Below are positions 1 through 12,243 of a stretch of DNA of 64,000 nucleotides, one piece after another. Positions within the stretch are counted from its first letter, which is position 1. The number at the start of each line of letters is the position of its first letter. The position numbers and the translations under genes are program-made. Origin of the DNA: Ylistrum balloti (Eukaryota). The notes beneath the pieces were generated by a model, which saw nothing but the letters and a program-made list of their open reading frames with translations, ran no database searches and was not told the DNA's origin. Location: contig NW_026782663.1 of NCBI RefSeq assembly GCF_031769215.1, positions 62,001-126,000 of the forward strand, read 5' to 3'.

Positions 1-1184
1 CATCACTCATCGTCATACCATTACAATGCATATTCATTAATGGAAAGAAACAAATATTTACCATTGTTTAGTATTGGTTGGTACCGAAGTTTATTCCATG
101 CTCAGGCCAGGTGGGAATTGAAAATTAAAATTATAAGCATTAAACTGCATTTGGATGGCATTCATGGGCATTATGAATGCTAATTGGATAATGGCAAATT
201 CTGCATGAAACACTGGTGTGCTTCATCAGTTTGTCCTTATCTTTGTTGCCATTCATATGACAAAGAATGCCAAGTGAAAGCAGTTCAATGCTTAAAAGGC
301 ACTACAAAAATTTATTTAGGTAACAAATTAAGGTTAACCCAAAAGTCAGATAAAATGTCTGTAATCTGCATAATCATAATAGAATCAGTTTTGCTTCATC
401 ATTCTACCAATCTCCTTCCTTCTGACCGGCAGATGAAATACACATTAATAAAAAATGGTTGCCTCATCACATTCATTGTGAGAGTAGACTTTATACACTG
501 CACAAATAAACCTCAATTGTTAGTTCACCTTGTCCAAATTTGGTCACAAGCATTTTGGGGAAAATTTTGTATATAGGTGAATCGGTACTAATAAATTTAG
601 ATTTGTATGAACCATGTGGACAGACAAGAGGAACCAATTTGGGATATAAAGGAATGCCATTAAAGCACTTCTGATAGAATGGAAGCATCCTTTAATAAGA
701 GGAATCAATTGGAGAAATTCAAGCAAATTCTTCTGTAGGAATGACATCATCTTGTCAATTTGGTCAAAGTATGAGACCATTTTCGGCTAATGGGGATTCA
801 ATTGAAGGGGCAGGCCCAGTAAGGGGAAATATAGGATAAACATGAAAATCCTTCTTCAATCAATGGGAACCATTGTCACATAACTAATAGGAAATTGACG
901 TAAATCATCTGTAGATATGAAGGAATTTTGACAAGGGACCCAATTCAGTTAAAACAAGGGTCTGACCCCCTTGGAAAGTGCAGAGGGGACAAGTAGTAGA
1001 AATGGAAGTAAACCATTAAAATACATCAGTGTAATTAGAAGAAAGCCAAATCTAGTGAGACATTTTAACCCACTGTCATTCATACAAAAACAATTTGTGT
1101 TATTTGTGAAGTACAACATGGATTGTTCTTATATTTTAAATGCAGATTTCCCTTGTTTCCCTTTTTTGCATGTTTGATTTTGGG

Positions 1185-1705
1185 ACTGGCAGTGGCCATC
1201 TTGGATTTCGACAACTGCGATGTAACACATTTTCTTGAAAAGTACTGGATGTATGTTTGATCTGCTGCCTTTCAGCCAAATTAGATTTGAATAGTAAAGT
1301 TCTCCCAGTTTTTAGGGAAGCATATAATTAATCTTTTCCCAAATGAAAGTCCCTTTTGTGTATGTTCAATTTGGATACTGATCAGGAATGAAGAACGCTT
1401 GACAGATGGCCATCTTGAATCTTAACAAGTAAACTTTCTTATTGCTATATTTTGCAAAGTCCTTGTTCTCAAATTTCATGTGTATGTTCTTGGTTGTCAG
1501 TTATGCATGATCCATGCTAAGACTGACTTAAAGGTCATTTTAGAAAAATACACTGGAAAGTATCATCACAGGACCATTCCTGACAAATTTCAATTATTCA
1601 TTTTTAAAGTTTAAAGTAAGTGCATGGTGCTTGGCACATGAAGGGCTAAAGGAGCAGCATAATGGCTACTGGTCACCCTGACACTTCAGCTCAGGTGACT
1701 TTTTT
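1185..1705. mobile_element. Degenerate non-autonomous Helentron/HINE-like element fragment
   Basis: GGCCATCTTGGATTTC and GGCCATCTTGAATCT cores and a CTTCAGCTCAGGTGA subterminal-like motif, of the kind recalled from oyster HINE-type repeats. The same core recurs inverted near 4095 (AAAATCCAAGATGGCTGC). Confidence 0.45.
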
Positions 1706-1902
1706 AAAGCAATAAACAGTAAACTGGCTTTACAGAATAATTCAACATTTAACAAAGTTAGAAACTCAACATTTTAATCTTTTTTATCATATAATGTCAT
1801 TATATTCAGAATATTATCACATTTAAAAAAAAACTTGTTTATGAATAAATTTCAGATCTAAATGTAACTCCGGATCTGTTCCTTTATTTAGAATTCTTTT
1901 TT

Positions 1903-4900
1903 TCAGTCTATGTCTGTGATTTCATCCTCTTCGTATGCATCAATATTTTCATCATTAGGTAGAAGTTGTAATTTCTCCATGGTATCCACAAAAAATCCTG
2001 GAAGCTGTGACTCGATCATGAAGGGTTCTGACTTTTTATGAGGAAATCTGTGCAAGATCAAGCCACTTTTATGGAGATGTAAGGGAACAAAGTGTGTATG
2101 TTTTCCTATCTTAAGAGTCCGCTTGACCTCAGATGGAATAATCTGCAAAAAGCAATTTTAATGTAATTACATGCATTATTACAGTTCTGCCTTATATGGA
2201 AGCCTTTACAAGCATTGTATTAACTGGCAACAAACATCTCTATATAAGCCTTCTTTTGCCTAACAACAAACAACTCTATAATTATAAGCTTTTTATTGCT
2301 TAAATTTCTATAAGCTGTTTGTTGCCAAGCAACAAAATTTCTAAAATTTTTCGGTTGTTAAATGAAAAAAACCTCTTTAGGCTTTCTATTGCCAAGCAAC
2401 AAACATCTCTTCAAGCCTTCTAACAAACAACAAACATTGCTATCAGCCATCCTAAGCCAAATAAAAATCTCTATAGACATTCTATTGCCAAGCAATTAGC
2501 CTATCTATAGGCCTTTTATAGTGTAGCAAAAACAATCTCTATAAGTCTTCTTTAGCTAAACAACAAACCTCTCTATAGTCTAACAACAAACATTTCTATA
2601 AGTGTGGTTTTTCACACACAGTATGGTCTATATGGGTATTCTACAGACTTTCACCACACAGTATGGCCTGTATAAGGCTTCTACACACTTTCCAAAAAGG
2701 GGTGGTTTTTGGGGATGAGGTTATTAAGACTTCCAAAAACAGCAAAATCAGAATGTAGTCCTGGACAAACAAGCTTACAAATGATATTATATCATACCAT
2801 AATATGTCAAATTGTCAAACTTTTCGATTGGCATAAAAAAGAGAACTAAATACCTGTGGACTTCTGATAGCTGCAGCTGAGTCTTGTTTGACTTGCTCGC
2901 CTGCAACTTCTACAACACGATGAGAATACACATGATCTCCAAGGATCGGACTCAAATGGTCAGCCATATACATTTCCAAACACTCCTTTTTACCTGTAAA
3001 GAAATATAAACAAAATAAGCAACAATTCACATAGATACATCATGTATACAGAGGACATTTTATAATCCGGACACTTTCTTTCTCTCCGAAATCATCTGAA
3101 TTATGAATTTTCCAGAGTGCCCAGTTTAGTCAACCAGCCAATATATATGATTTATCTCCCTTGATCATTAATGATAAAGCTGTCAGTATGATACTGTTGT
3201 TTCCAGGATATCTATATCATGTTTGCTGTGAATTTATGTATTATAAATGTCTTTCAATGTTTAGTAAGTTTCATTTTCATTAATAATTGCATATGAATTA
3301 AAATTTCAAAATGAAAAATTGTCCCCCGCTTTATTCTCTTGAAGTCCAAAATCATGACGATTAATCAAATATCTGCTCAGTATTAACTGATGTTTTACTC
3401 AAAACTATTGAACATTGTTTCCTAATTAATGTGTCCACTGCATACAGTGTATTTAATTATCAAATATTTTAAAACAAGACTAAACCACGACTTTGACATT
3501 TCTTTAACAATAAATTCACTTTGCCTTTTTTTATAGTACCATTAACTCTGATACAAACTTGACACAAGCTCCACAAGAGAACATCTGGGGCCATCATCTT
3601 GCAACAGGCGCTATGACTACAAATGTGTCTAGCAGTATAGTGTATACCTTTGGCACTAGTGATCGAACACCAAAAATTTTGTAAAGTGGTAACAAAAATG
3701 TCTAGACTGTTGTGGGAATGTTACCATGAAAAGTCTATTCCATTCCCAAAAAATCTTTCGATGACTGGAATTTGATTTTCTAGAATAGTGTGTACAATTA
3801 ATGTTGAAGAACTCCTTTCCCCAACATTCCCATATAAATAATGAGTTTTCGAGACAAACATCGTCCAGATTATCATGGGTCAACTATTACACCTCACATC
3901 CACTTCTGACCTTTAACCTTGACTGATGACCACTGAACTATGATCAGATGGTCTCCTGTCATTCATTTTATTTTTCTGATTAGCTCTAATCAAACAGGCA
4001 TGAGTAGGGAGACAGGGAAACTTGAATATGAAATCTGAGAAAGATCCATCCAGTACTTTTCAATAAAGAGTGATAACAAACTTTTTCGTCAAAATCCAAG
4101 ATGGCTGCTTGTCACTAAGCTATTTTGACTTTATGATCAGTTTCAAAGTTAAAAGGACAAAACCAGGGACCAATAGGACTTTAAAGGTAACATTTGAGAA
4201 AGATACATCCAGTACTTCTAAAGAAGTAGTGATAACAAGAATAGTATATGGATAGATGACAGGACATTAGGTGATTTGAGAAGTCCATCATCAGATGGTG
4301 GGCTTAAAAAAAACCCACAAGACTATGTCATGCCTCAAACTCATTCAAAATATTATAACTACAAAACGTATTTATAATAATTCAAATCATGGTACTATGA
4401 CAATAGTTCCATATATGTGGACTTGGTCCTTACCGCTGTCACAAGTAATCCCAACAAGAGAAACCTTTGGAGATGATTCCAATGGACTCGTGGCTAACAC
4501 CTCTGATTGAATGTTGAAACTTGATAGTGGTGCTTTCTTCATGGACTTGTGGAAGTGTGGCACCAGGACAGCCTACATAAATGTACACTGTTACTATTAA
4601 TAAACTATCATTTTAGCATACAAACAAATAACTAACAAACAACAAATTACTGGGTTTTTTTTTCTTGAAATACTGGTTATGTTTTAAACATGGCTCCAAA
4701 TGCAAATACAAATAACTTCAGATAATGTTGAAGCTGATGCATTTTAGAATTAACTGTTGCTTTAGGAACACCAACTCTTATCTGTGACTGGTATATTACT
4801 ATAATCAGGAATATTTAACAGAAATTCAATGGGAAACTATGCCAGTAATAGAATATCAGTAGTTGGAAAAATCTTTGTTTTATTACACTTTGACATCATA

Positions 4901-7050
4901 ATTACTTCTCTATTTATTTAAGATACTACAATATATATATACAGTATATTGTGTTTAATACTATTTAGGACAGGTAGACTTTTCCAGCACCTTTGGACAT
5001 ACGTATACTAATTGATTTCAGGTGATGATAAAAATTAAAACCATGAGAAGTCATCCCCTGTAAATAACTTTTTGTAGCAATACCTGTTGGCGCCCATTTA
5101 TTTCTTTCCGCAGGTAGCGAATTTTCTCAACCTCAGGCTTAAATTTTGGTTCACCCAAACAAACACATCTATTGAGCAAAAAAATATGAAATTTCACATG
5201 ATTTATTTGTGAATAACTCTTATTTTGGATTCAGAGGATGTTTAAAAAATCAATTAAACTTAAAGTCTTCCAATGATAGATATATCATAACTTCTATTTT
5301 TCAAGGTATTAACAAATGACAGTTTTTTAAGGAGTAAATGTAAGAGACAACATATCAAATACTTACATGAATTCATGATTAATTTCTCCATGTGACCTTT
5401 GACCTTGTAGTGACTTCTTTAACTTCACTTTTGCCAGGGCATGCTTGACCAATAGTATTATTCCACTCTGGTTTCTTAAAGAAAAATGTTCTTCATCACT
5501 TATTTCCCTTATGTGAAAGAACAGAAATCTTGTTTATGTTCCTCCATACTATTCAGAAATATATCTATAAAAGATCTGATGACCAGTCAGGGTTAGTCTG
5601 TAGATGTCTGGAGTAAAAGTAACTCCACAAGCAAGTTGAAAGGACAACAAGGATTACTCTCATTGAACATCTGGTCATCATTTAGATATTTTCAACCAAT
5701 GAAATTCCATTTTGATCTGTCAATAAGCCAATGCCTGTTAACAATCAATATTTATTGGTGCTAAGTAGAATTACAAACTAATGTTATTTCTTTGCCTTGT
5801 AATAAACCCACCCCTCGACTTTTTAAAAATTGTATATTATTTGGCACCCTGGGCTTATCTTCGTATAAAAGTGGTTTGCATTTCATTTTCATACACAAAA
5901 CTTCATACACTTATTTTGCAGAAGTGTATTAATACATTAGGTGATATTGCTACATAACTACTCTGTATAAATGTTACCTTGACAATCCTAGCATATATTC
6001 AAGTTCCGGAGCATCATAACATTCCCTCAAATCTTCCAAAATATCAAACATTGAGGGCACACCTTCATCATGAACAGCTGGAATATTAATCAATTTGTAA
6101 AAACATCACTCTGATTTCATTCAAACATTTTCATGAATAGCTACCTACTTATTTGATATTATCATCTTTCGGATTTCTTTTCTAATGTAAAAACTTTTAT
6201 ATTTGTGTTCAACTCCTAAAATAACATATAAAACATTTTGTATTTGTAGCTTAAAATATGCATAATAAATTAGGGCAGGAAGCTCTTTGAATAGGGAAAT
6301 CAGCTGGACAGTCAACCATTTGTGGGTCGATACATGTAAATACAATAACAACATATGTCAGTGAAGTAAAATTTAGGAACGATGTCATTTTATTGATATC
6401 ACAAATCAACTGCAGACATTTCGTGATTTGGAGGCCGGATATCCAAATTCATCTTCTATTGAAAAGGTAACTTTACCTTTCATAGGAACTCCATTAGGTT
6501 TATTCAATGCCAATATGTTTTCTGAAAATAAAATTTATCAAAAATAATTTTGTTAACCAATTGATGTGTATAAAATATATTTCAAATATTATATTGATTG
6601 TATGAAATAATACAGAACTGAATAGCATCGAGGATGAAAACATTGATAAAATTATTCTATATCAATCAGAAATGCACCAGGATTGCTGATTCACAGAATG
6701 GGAATGGGAATGTAATTTTACATTGTTTGCCTATTCAAGGAAGTAGTAATGTCTTAATGATACAACAGGACAACTGTTTAATTACTGATAACTGCTTTCT
6801 ACATAGAATTAATATAAATATGTCTGTTCTAGTACATACCATCATCATAAAGCACACTTTTTTGGATATGATGAATTAATTCTTTTCTATCCGCAAAGAC
6901 AGGTGCATGCAGTACGTCGAGATTGTAGTATGGTTGCTTCCTTTCAGTGGAAACACACCTGGTAAAGGTGTACATAACATGCATTTTCTTTATACTGCGG
7001 ATAGTTTTCATCATAGAGTAGGTCCGCAAACAACTGTTGATGGCAGTCAT
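1903..7050 (-). CDS. RPUSD3: Mitochondrial RNA pseudouridine synthase domain protein, RluA family, RPUSD3-like; 8 coding exons, 355 aa
   Basis: Coding exons (minus): 7050-6840, 6521-6477, 6077-5978, 5474-5367, 5168-5084, 4572-4434, 2993-2854, 2142-1903. All introns are GT-AG, phases are consistent, total 1068 nt. The translation has ENILALNKPNGVP (motif I), LGLSRNQSGIILL (motif II position), LSPILGDHVYSHRV and VPLHLHKSGL...LPGFF, matching recalled human RPUSD3 segments (LCPVLGDHMYSARV, LPLHLHLHRL...LPPYF). The basic N-terminus resembles a mitochondrial presequence. RPUSD3 versus RPUSD4 orthology is inferred. Confidence 0.88.
2225..2700. repeat. Degenerate tandem array of about 33-36 bp units (consensus near CAACAAACATCTCTATAAGCCTTCTATTGCCAAG), about 10-11 copies, in the last RPUSD3 intron
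   Basis: Recurrent CAACAAAC..TCT(C/A)TA..AGC motifs from 2229 to about 2602, followed by two copies of CACACAGTATGG. Possibly subterminal repeats of a DNA transposon. Confidence 0.7.
3548..4260. mobile_element. Degenerate HINE/satellite-like repeat fragments in an RPUSD3 intron
   Basis: TGACCTTTAACCTTGAC core near 3907. Two related copies of GAGAAAGAT(C/A)CATCCAGTACTT...GTGATAACAA about 160 bp apart (about 4037 and 4197). Confidence 0.45.
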
Positions 7051-7491
7051 TCTATTAAATAAATCATGACAGAATCTTACTTGTTATGCTGTTACTGATG
7101 TTTACAATTTAATTGACTAGTATACTCATTCTAACATGTGAATATTGAAATGCAATTATTATTCTACTTCTAGAGACAAAAGTTCTCGGTCTTGGGATAA
7201 GAACACGTGTATCTCATGTTCAAGTATTTAATAATATGCAACGTGTTCCTTATGCAAGCGATACTGTATATCAGTTCAAAAAAGTTGTAATTTGCATATG
7301 TACATAGGCTTTTCATAATTTTAGATGCATGCATTTGTTCATCTGCATGTTGTCGTGATCGTTTATTAGCATAACAATCATTACTATCTGGCAGTTCTTG
7401 GTGGTTCAGTTTTCTGAATTATCAATATTGTCTGATTGCAAATTTATTTAAAATGAATCGAAAAAAAGATAAACTAGCCCATTCGTCTTAC

Positions 7492-7686
7492 CTCACCAAC
7501 TGATTTCACCTTTTCGGTCAAAAGCTCAATGTGGAGATGCAGGATACGGAGGCAATCAAAGTCTATATAGCGTTTGTTGTACACCTCGCTTATGCTATTT
7601 ACAAGCGTTTGTCTAACTTAGATATAAACACGTGGTCCGCGGCTGTGAAAACCTGACAGATCTAGAAGCGGGCACTAATTCACAAG
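7492..7686. promoter_or_regulatory. Compact bidirectional promoter holding the non-coding first exons of RPUSD3-like (-) and LLPH (+)
   Basis: Minus-strand donor GAG|GTAAGA at 7492/7491 and plus-strand donor AAG|GTAAAC at 7686/7687. These pair with acceptors at 7052 (just before the RPUSD3 ATG) and 8530 (24 nt before the LLPH ATG). CACGTG at 7629-7634. The region is CpG-richer than its flanks. Confidence 0.6.
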
Positions 7687-8554
7687 GTAAACTGGTTTTG
7701 TTGTTTAATGAATTAACTGACGATAAATTAATGTTAACACTTTTATTCTTTTTTAATATTTTTAGTAGTGGATTTGTGGACATTTACTTGAACACGTGGG
7801 GAAATTGTTGTTTATACTATGTATTTTATTCAGGTCGATACATACTATAGCCCTATACATTCAATCACACGTATACGTACTTGATCAACGAAATATATCC
7901 CTTACGAGATTCCTTCTTGGGATTCTTTTACATCTGACGTTTGAAAATGTCACTCGTTGAACTTGTTTTGGGTTGAGCAAAGTGTCTGGTTAGAGACTGA
8001 ATGGTCACCAGTTTGAACTCCAACGGTGGCAGGGTATTTCATAACTCCTTCCTATTCCAAATGCATAATTCGGTGCCGTTGCTAATGAAGTTTGCATTGA
8101 ATAAAATGTATATAATATAAGCTGTATTGATAGAAGAGCTCAATACTACTACATATAAATTAGTGGGTCAAATAAAAATTATATGGGTACCTATGTAGCT
8201 GCAATATTTAATTGTTTGATAGTACTAAGAATTTATGAGTATAAGAACTGATAAAAAATCAACAACAAATATTTGGTCATATAAAACGGGTATGATCTAA
8301 ATCCACATGTAGGTAAAATTTGGAGAATTATTATAAGTTGTGCGTTTACTTGACAGCAGTCCTTATAAAATATAATTTAATCAGTATTCTCACACTTCCA
8401 TGGAGGATGCATGGTTCTTGAATCTTTGGGTACAGCCATATAGGAGAACCAATTATTATTAAGTTTATTCTGTATTTTTACTCGTCAATTATGTCTTGTC
8501 TTTAGACTTACGGTAAACATAATTTTTCAGACTTGCCAATTGAAGTTCTTCACA

Positions 8555-10075
8555 ATGGCCAAAGGGCTTCGCTGTAAGTTCCGTAAGAGGATGAGAAATG
8601 TGAAAAGGGAAAAATATGGAAAGAAAGAGCTTGAAAGATTGAAGACAATTATCGCAACAAAAGGTGGACAAGATCAGGAAATAAAGGAAATCTACAAAGG
8701 TAAACAATTTTGTAACAAATTTGATATGGTTGAACAATGTTTGGTTATCAAATGTAAATTATCAGAAATACATTTAGAACCTCCTATAATACTGCAGGAC
8801 AATGACATTGTATTACAATGGTTTATAATTTTACTGAAAAGTGATACTAATACATGTATTGATAAGGCTAACTTCCTGCTGGCCAAAATATGATATACAA
8901 ATATATATATAGTCTAAATTTGTAAATGAAATTTACATGTCTATCTGCATATGGATAATGAAGGTAATGTGAATGATCGAATACAATTAATGGGTGTTAT
9001 TCAACGCTCAAGGCATCAATTAATCATTCTAACCATTTTTTAAACATGTTTTCATTGGCTGACAGGATGAATTTTGACCAAAAGGGTATCCAATTCAGGC
9101 ATGTGCAAAAAGTAGTTCATGGTCGCTTTTGTAATAATTTGATTAATATTTGGATTTCTATTTTATTTTTATTTTTTGCTTTGAAGATAATAAAACACTT
9201 TTTTGATAGTTATAATTTGTAATGAGTTTTGATATCTCCTCATATTATTAAAATGATCAGTTTTGCATATTAATTAGTAGAATTTCATTCCAGGTCATAT
9301 CAATGCACCCCAACTTACGATGTAAATAAAAATTCATGTGGGTGCAGAACATGTTAAATTTAACTTTGGAATTGTGGTAGAAACAGGTCACATAAACCCA
9401 GGGTTGTTATATTTTGTTATTTCTTCATCCTTAATAATTATCTTCCAAAAATTACAAAGACTCTCATTAAAGAACATATAATGTTTTTTGTAACTTTTGA
9501 AACATAAGTAATTCAAATGAAAGAAATACCAAATACTACAACCACTAGTGTGATCACTGTTTTGATTCACTTGTGATCATGAAGATTTCTGGCTTGTTGG
9601 CAGTATGACAACTTACATAATATCATCTTTTTATTTCAGTAAAAACAGAAGCAGAACTGAAGGCAGAAATGGAAAAGAAAGCAGGTAAAATTTCTTAGCC
9701 GTAATTGCTTTTTGATATCTTTGAATTTTCTTTTCTAAATACTCGGTAATTATGGTGATGTGTTCAGAAAATAAGCAATTACATGTTTTGAAGACGGTCA
9801 AGATTAATTTCCATTACTTGATAAAGATTCAACTAAAAATTATACTTGAATGTAATTGGTACACAAAAGTTTCATATGTACAACAAATTGTGCTTGTAGA
9901 AGAAACCATGGAACATAGTGGGAAAACCTTTCACCCGGTCACTCTAAAAGATGAAGATGGACATTACCCAAGTTGGATGAACCAAAGAGCTATAAAGAGA
10001 CACAAGACATATCTAAAGAAATCTGGAAGGGTTAAGTCGAAGGCTAAAGGCAAAGGAAAAAAAGGAAAAAAGTGA
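8555..10075 (+). CDS. LLPH: Protein LLP homolog (LAPS18-like, basic nucleolar protein); 3 coding exons, 121 aa
   Basis: Exons 8555-8699, 9640-9684, 9900-10075; GT-AG, phases 1/1, total 366 nt. MAKGLRCKFRKRMRNVKREK...KELERLKTI and TLKDEDGHYPSWMNQRAIKR match the LLP family N- and C-terminal blocks (human [38 protein letters not shown]). Confidence 0.95.
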
Positions 10076-10308
10076 TCTGGACCTGGTGTGTGCAGAACTT
10101 TTGTTACTATAAGTTGTTTTGCTAATGATAGTATTGTAATGCAAGATAATAGCAGAGAGATTGATAGCAAAGAAATATATCGAGAAAAAAATTGAATGTG
10201 TTTCTACTTTTGATGAAAATAATTCGGTGCTTTCAAGATACGAAGGATTAAAACATTGTAGATGTAAAAGTTATTCTAATTGTGTATAAAACTGATTGGT
10301 AACTTGTT

Positions 10309-10441
10309 GAAATTGACATATTGAAGTTGACTGTTAAAAACAGTGTCAAAACTGGTTTGAAATTGACATACTGAAGTTGACTGAACAAATTGTTAATACT
10401 GGTTGATAACTTATTTGAAACTGACATACTGAAGTTGACTG
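10309..10441. repeat. Three copies of a 25-bp core GAAATTGACATACTGAAGTTGACTG with 50-58 bp period, in the probable LLPH 3' UTR
   Basis: Copies start at 10309, 10359 and 10417. Confidence 0.85.
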
Positions 10442-11398
10442 TGAAAACAGTTACCGTATATATTATTTATGTGGAAAGTATTCTTTCAACACATACTGTG
10501 TCTATTAATCTTCAGTATGAGAAGAATTTGTCATCTATTGTATACACCGTCTTAAAGTCTAGTGATACTTTTCAAAAAGAGTGTGTATATGTGTGATAGT
10601 GAGTACAAGGATAAATATGTAAGCATATGTATGTATGAAAGATTTTGGGAGATTGCGTGGGCCAGAATGAATGAAATGAAATCATTATTGTTTTCAAAAA
10701 AATAAATAAAGGCTAATCATGGCTCCTTTCTGTCTTGGACATTTGTTTAACTTACATAACTTAAGAAGAAATTACCATTATAGATGCCAGAGTTGAAAAA
10801 AAAACAAGGGCAATAACCTATCAATAATTAGACTCCATTGTTCTGTGAAAGGCAAACAATTTATCATGACATTAAACCCTACAATGTTACAAAAAAGTTG
10901 CAGAAATATGAGAGAGATAATTCCTTTGACAACATAAAGAGCCACGACTCTTACAAACATTGTTAAATTAAATTGTATACTAGTATTTCACAAGGAAAAA
11001 ACAACTACCTCTCAAGACGATACAGCTGACCTAGAGTATTGGTAAAAATTATCTGAGCAGATGCTCAGAACAAAAAAGTTACAGTTGAAATGATAATACC
11101 AATTCATTACATGTAGAGTCTCTTCCCAGGATTACATACAATGAAAACCGTAAATCTAAGCCCTATCATTAGACTAAAAGGAAAACCCACCAGGCCTCAC
11201 AATTTTTTCCTGCTTCCTAACAGTCCATTATTTAAAAAAAAAACAATAACTTTTTTTCCATCAGTATATTTAATTTATTTGGACATTTCTTTTTCAATTC
11301 ATACATAACATAACATCTTCATCCAGATCTGTCATTCTTCCTCTCAAAATATTTTAAACCACAGCACATCTACATTTGGTTCCTGTATCACACATCCT

Positions 11399-11456
11399 CA
11401 CTTAATTCCTGTGTCACACATTTACACTTAATTCCTGTGTCACACATTTACACTTA
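11399..11456. repeat. Perfect 26-bp tandem duplication (CACTTAATTCCTGTGTCACACATTTA x2.2)
   Basis: Copies at 11399-11424 and 11425-11450, plus a partial third copy. Confidence 0.9.
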
Positions 11457-12243
11457 TTTTATGTATCACTAAAACCACATACGTTTGCACTCTTACACAT
11501 TACTGTATCATTCAAACTTATAACAAAAATCTGTCTTCATGTTGTGCCAAGTAAATGTGCATACAGAAAGTAATAATTATCTTCAGCCCTTCTGAGGAAG
11601 TCAAACTCCTGAAGAGATATCAATTTAAAATATTATATTGCTGTGAGCTCTTTACATTTGTAATAATGCATGTCAATTTTTTTTTACATTCATCAACATT
11701 CCATAACTCCTTTTTCTGTAAAAGGTGTTAAAAATGCTTCTTAGCTAGGATTGCATATGACTTGGTATTCAGATGAATATTGAAGTTTAAAAGACTAGTC
11801 TCTCTAAAGACCATGTAAGCTTGAATGATCTAATACAATCTGCCCTGCTTTAATCTATTTTAACTATGTAGACTAAATAAGCTTATAAGTCAAACCCATG
11901 TGACCTTGACTTCTGAGGTTTCACCAGCACTTGAATCCAATTATACATTTTAGCCATGATCAAACCCTAAGTGACCTTGACCTGTGAGATTTGTTTTAGT
12001 CTCAGCAGTACAGCAGTAACGAGCAAGAATCCACGACATGAATTCAATTCTTTCAGAACAAACAAATAATTATATCCCAAACATTCATTGACCTTTCACT
12101 TCGATCATTGTGGTGTACACTCAAGATTCTGTCAACTTTTTTTCGATTCAGTGCATACAGATGTATAATGGTGACATTCTGGATTTTATCTGGCAAACAG
12201 ATGCTTTCTTTTATCTGTCTTCAAAATGGAATCTGTGTGATTA

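Noticed and set aside
3649-3659. TTTGGCACTAG matching the 5' end of miR-96
   Set aside because: The match stops after 11 nt, there is no precursor hairpin, and it lies within a repeat relic.
5530-5734. Apparent RPUSD3 exon with an in-frame TGA (HWLIDRSKWNFIG*KYL...), briefly suggesting selenocysteine or readthrough
   Set aside because: The true next exon starts at 5474 (RNQSGIILL), keeps frame and matches the family motif. The TGA-containing stretch has further stops and is intronic.
6377-6466. Plus-strand pseudo-exon (..TFRDLEAGYPNSSSIEK|GTAACT) resembling the DLEAG in the ORF at 7632
   Set aside because: It lies antisense in an RPUSD3 intron with no partner exons. The shared five residues are compatible with chance, and 7632-7686 is better explained as LLPH 5' UTR.
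10060-10085. Possible frameshift in the LLPH A-run that would give a C-terminal KVIW like other LLP homologs ending in Trp
   Set aside because: The shifted frame has no stop after the Trp and runs on about 15 codons, so the plain KKGKK* end is kept. Raw reads could settle it.
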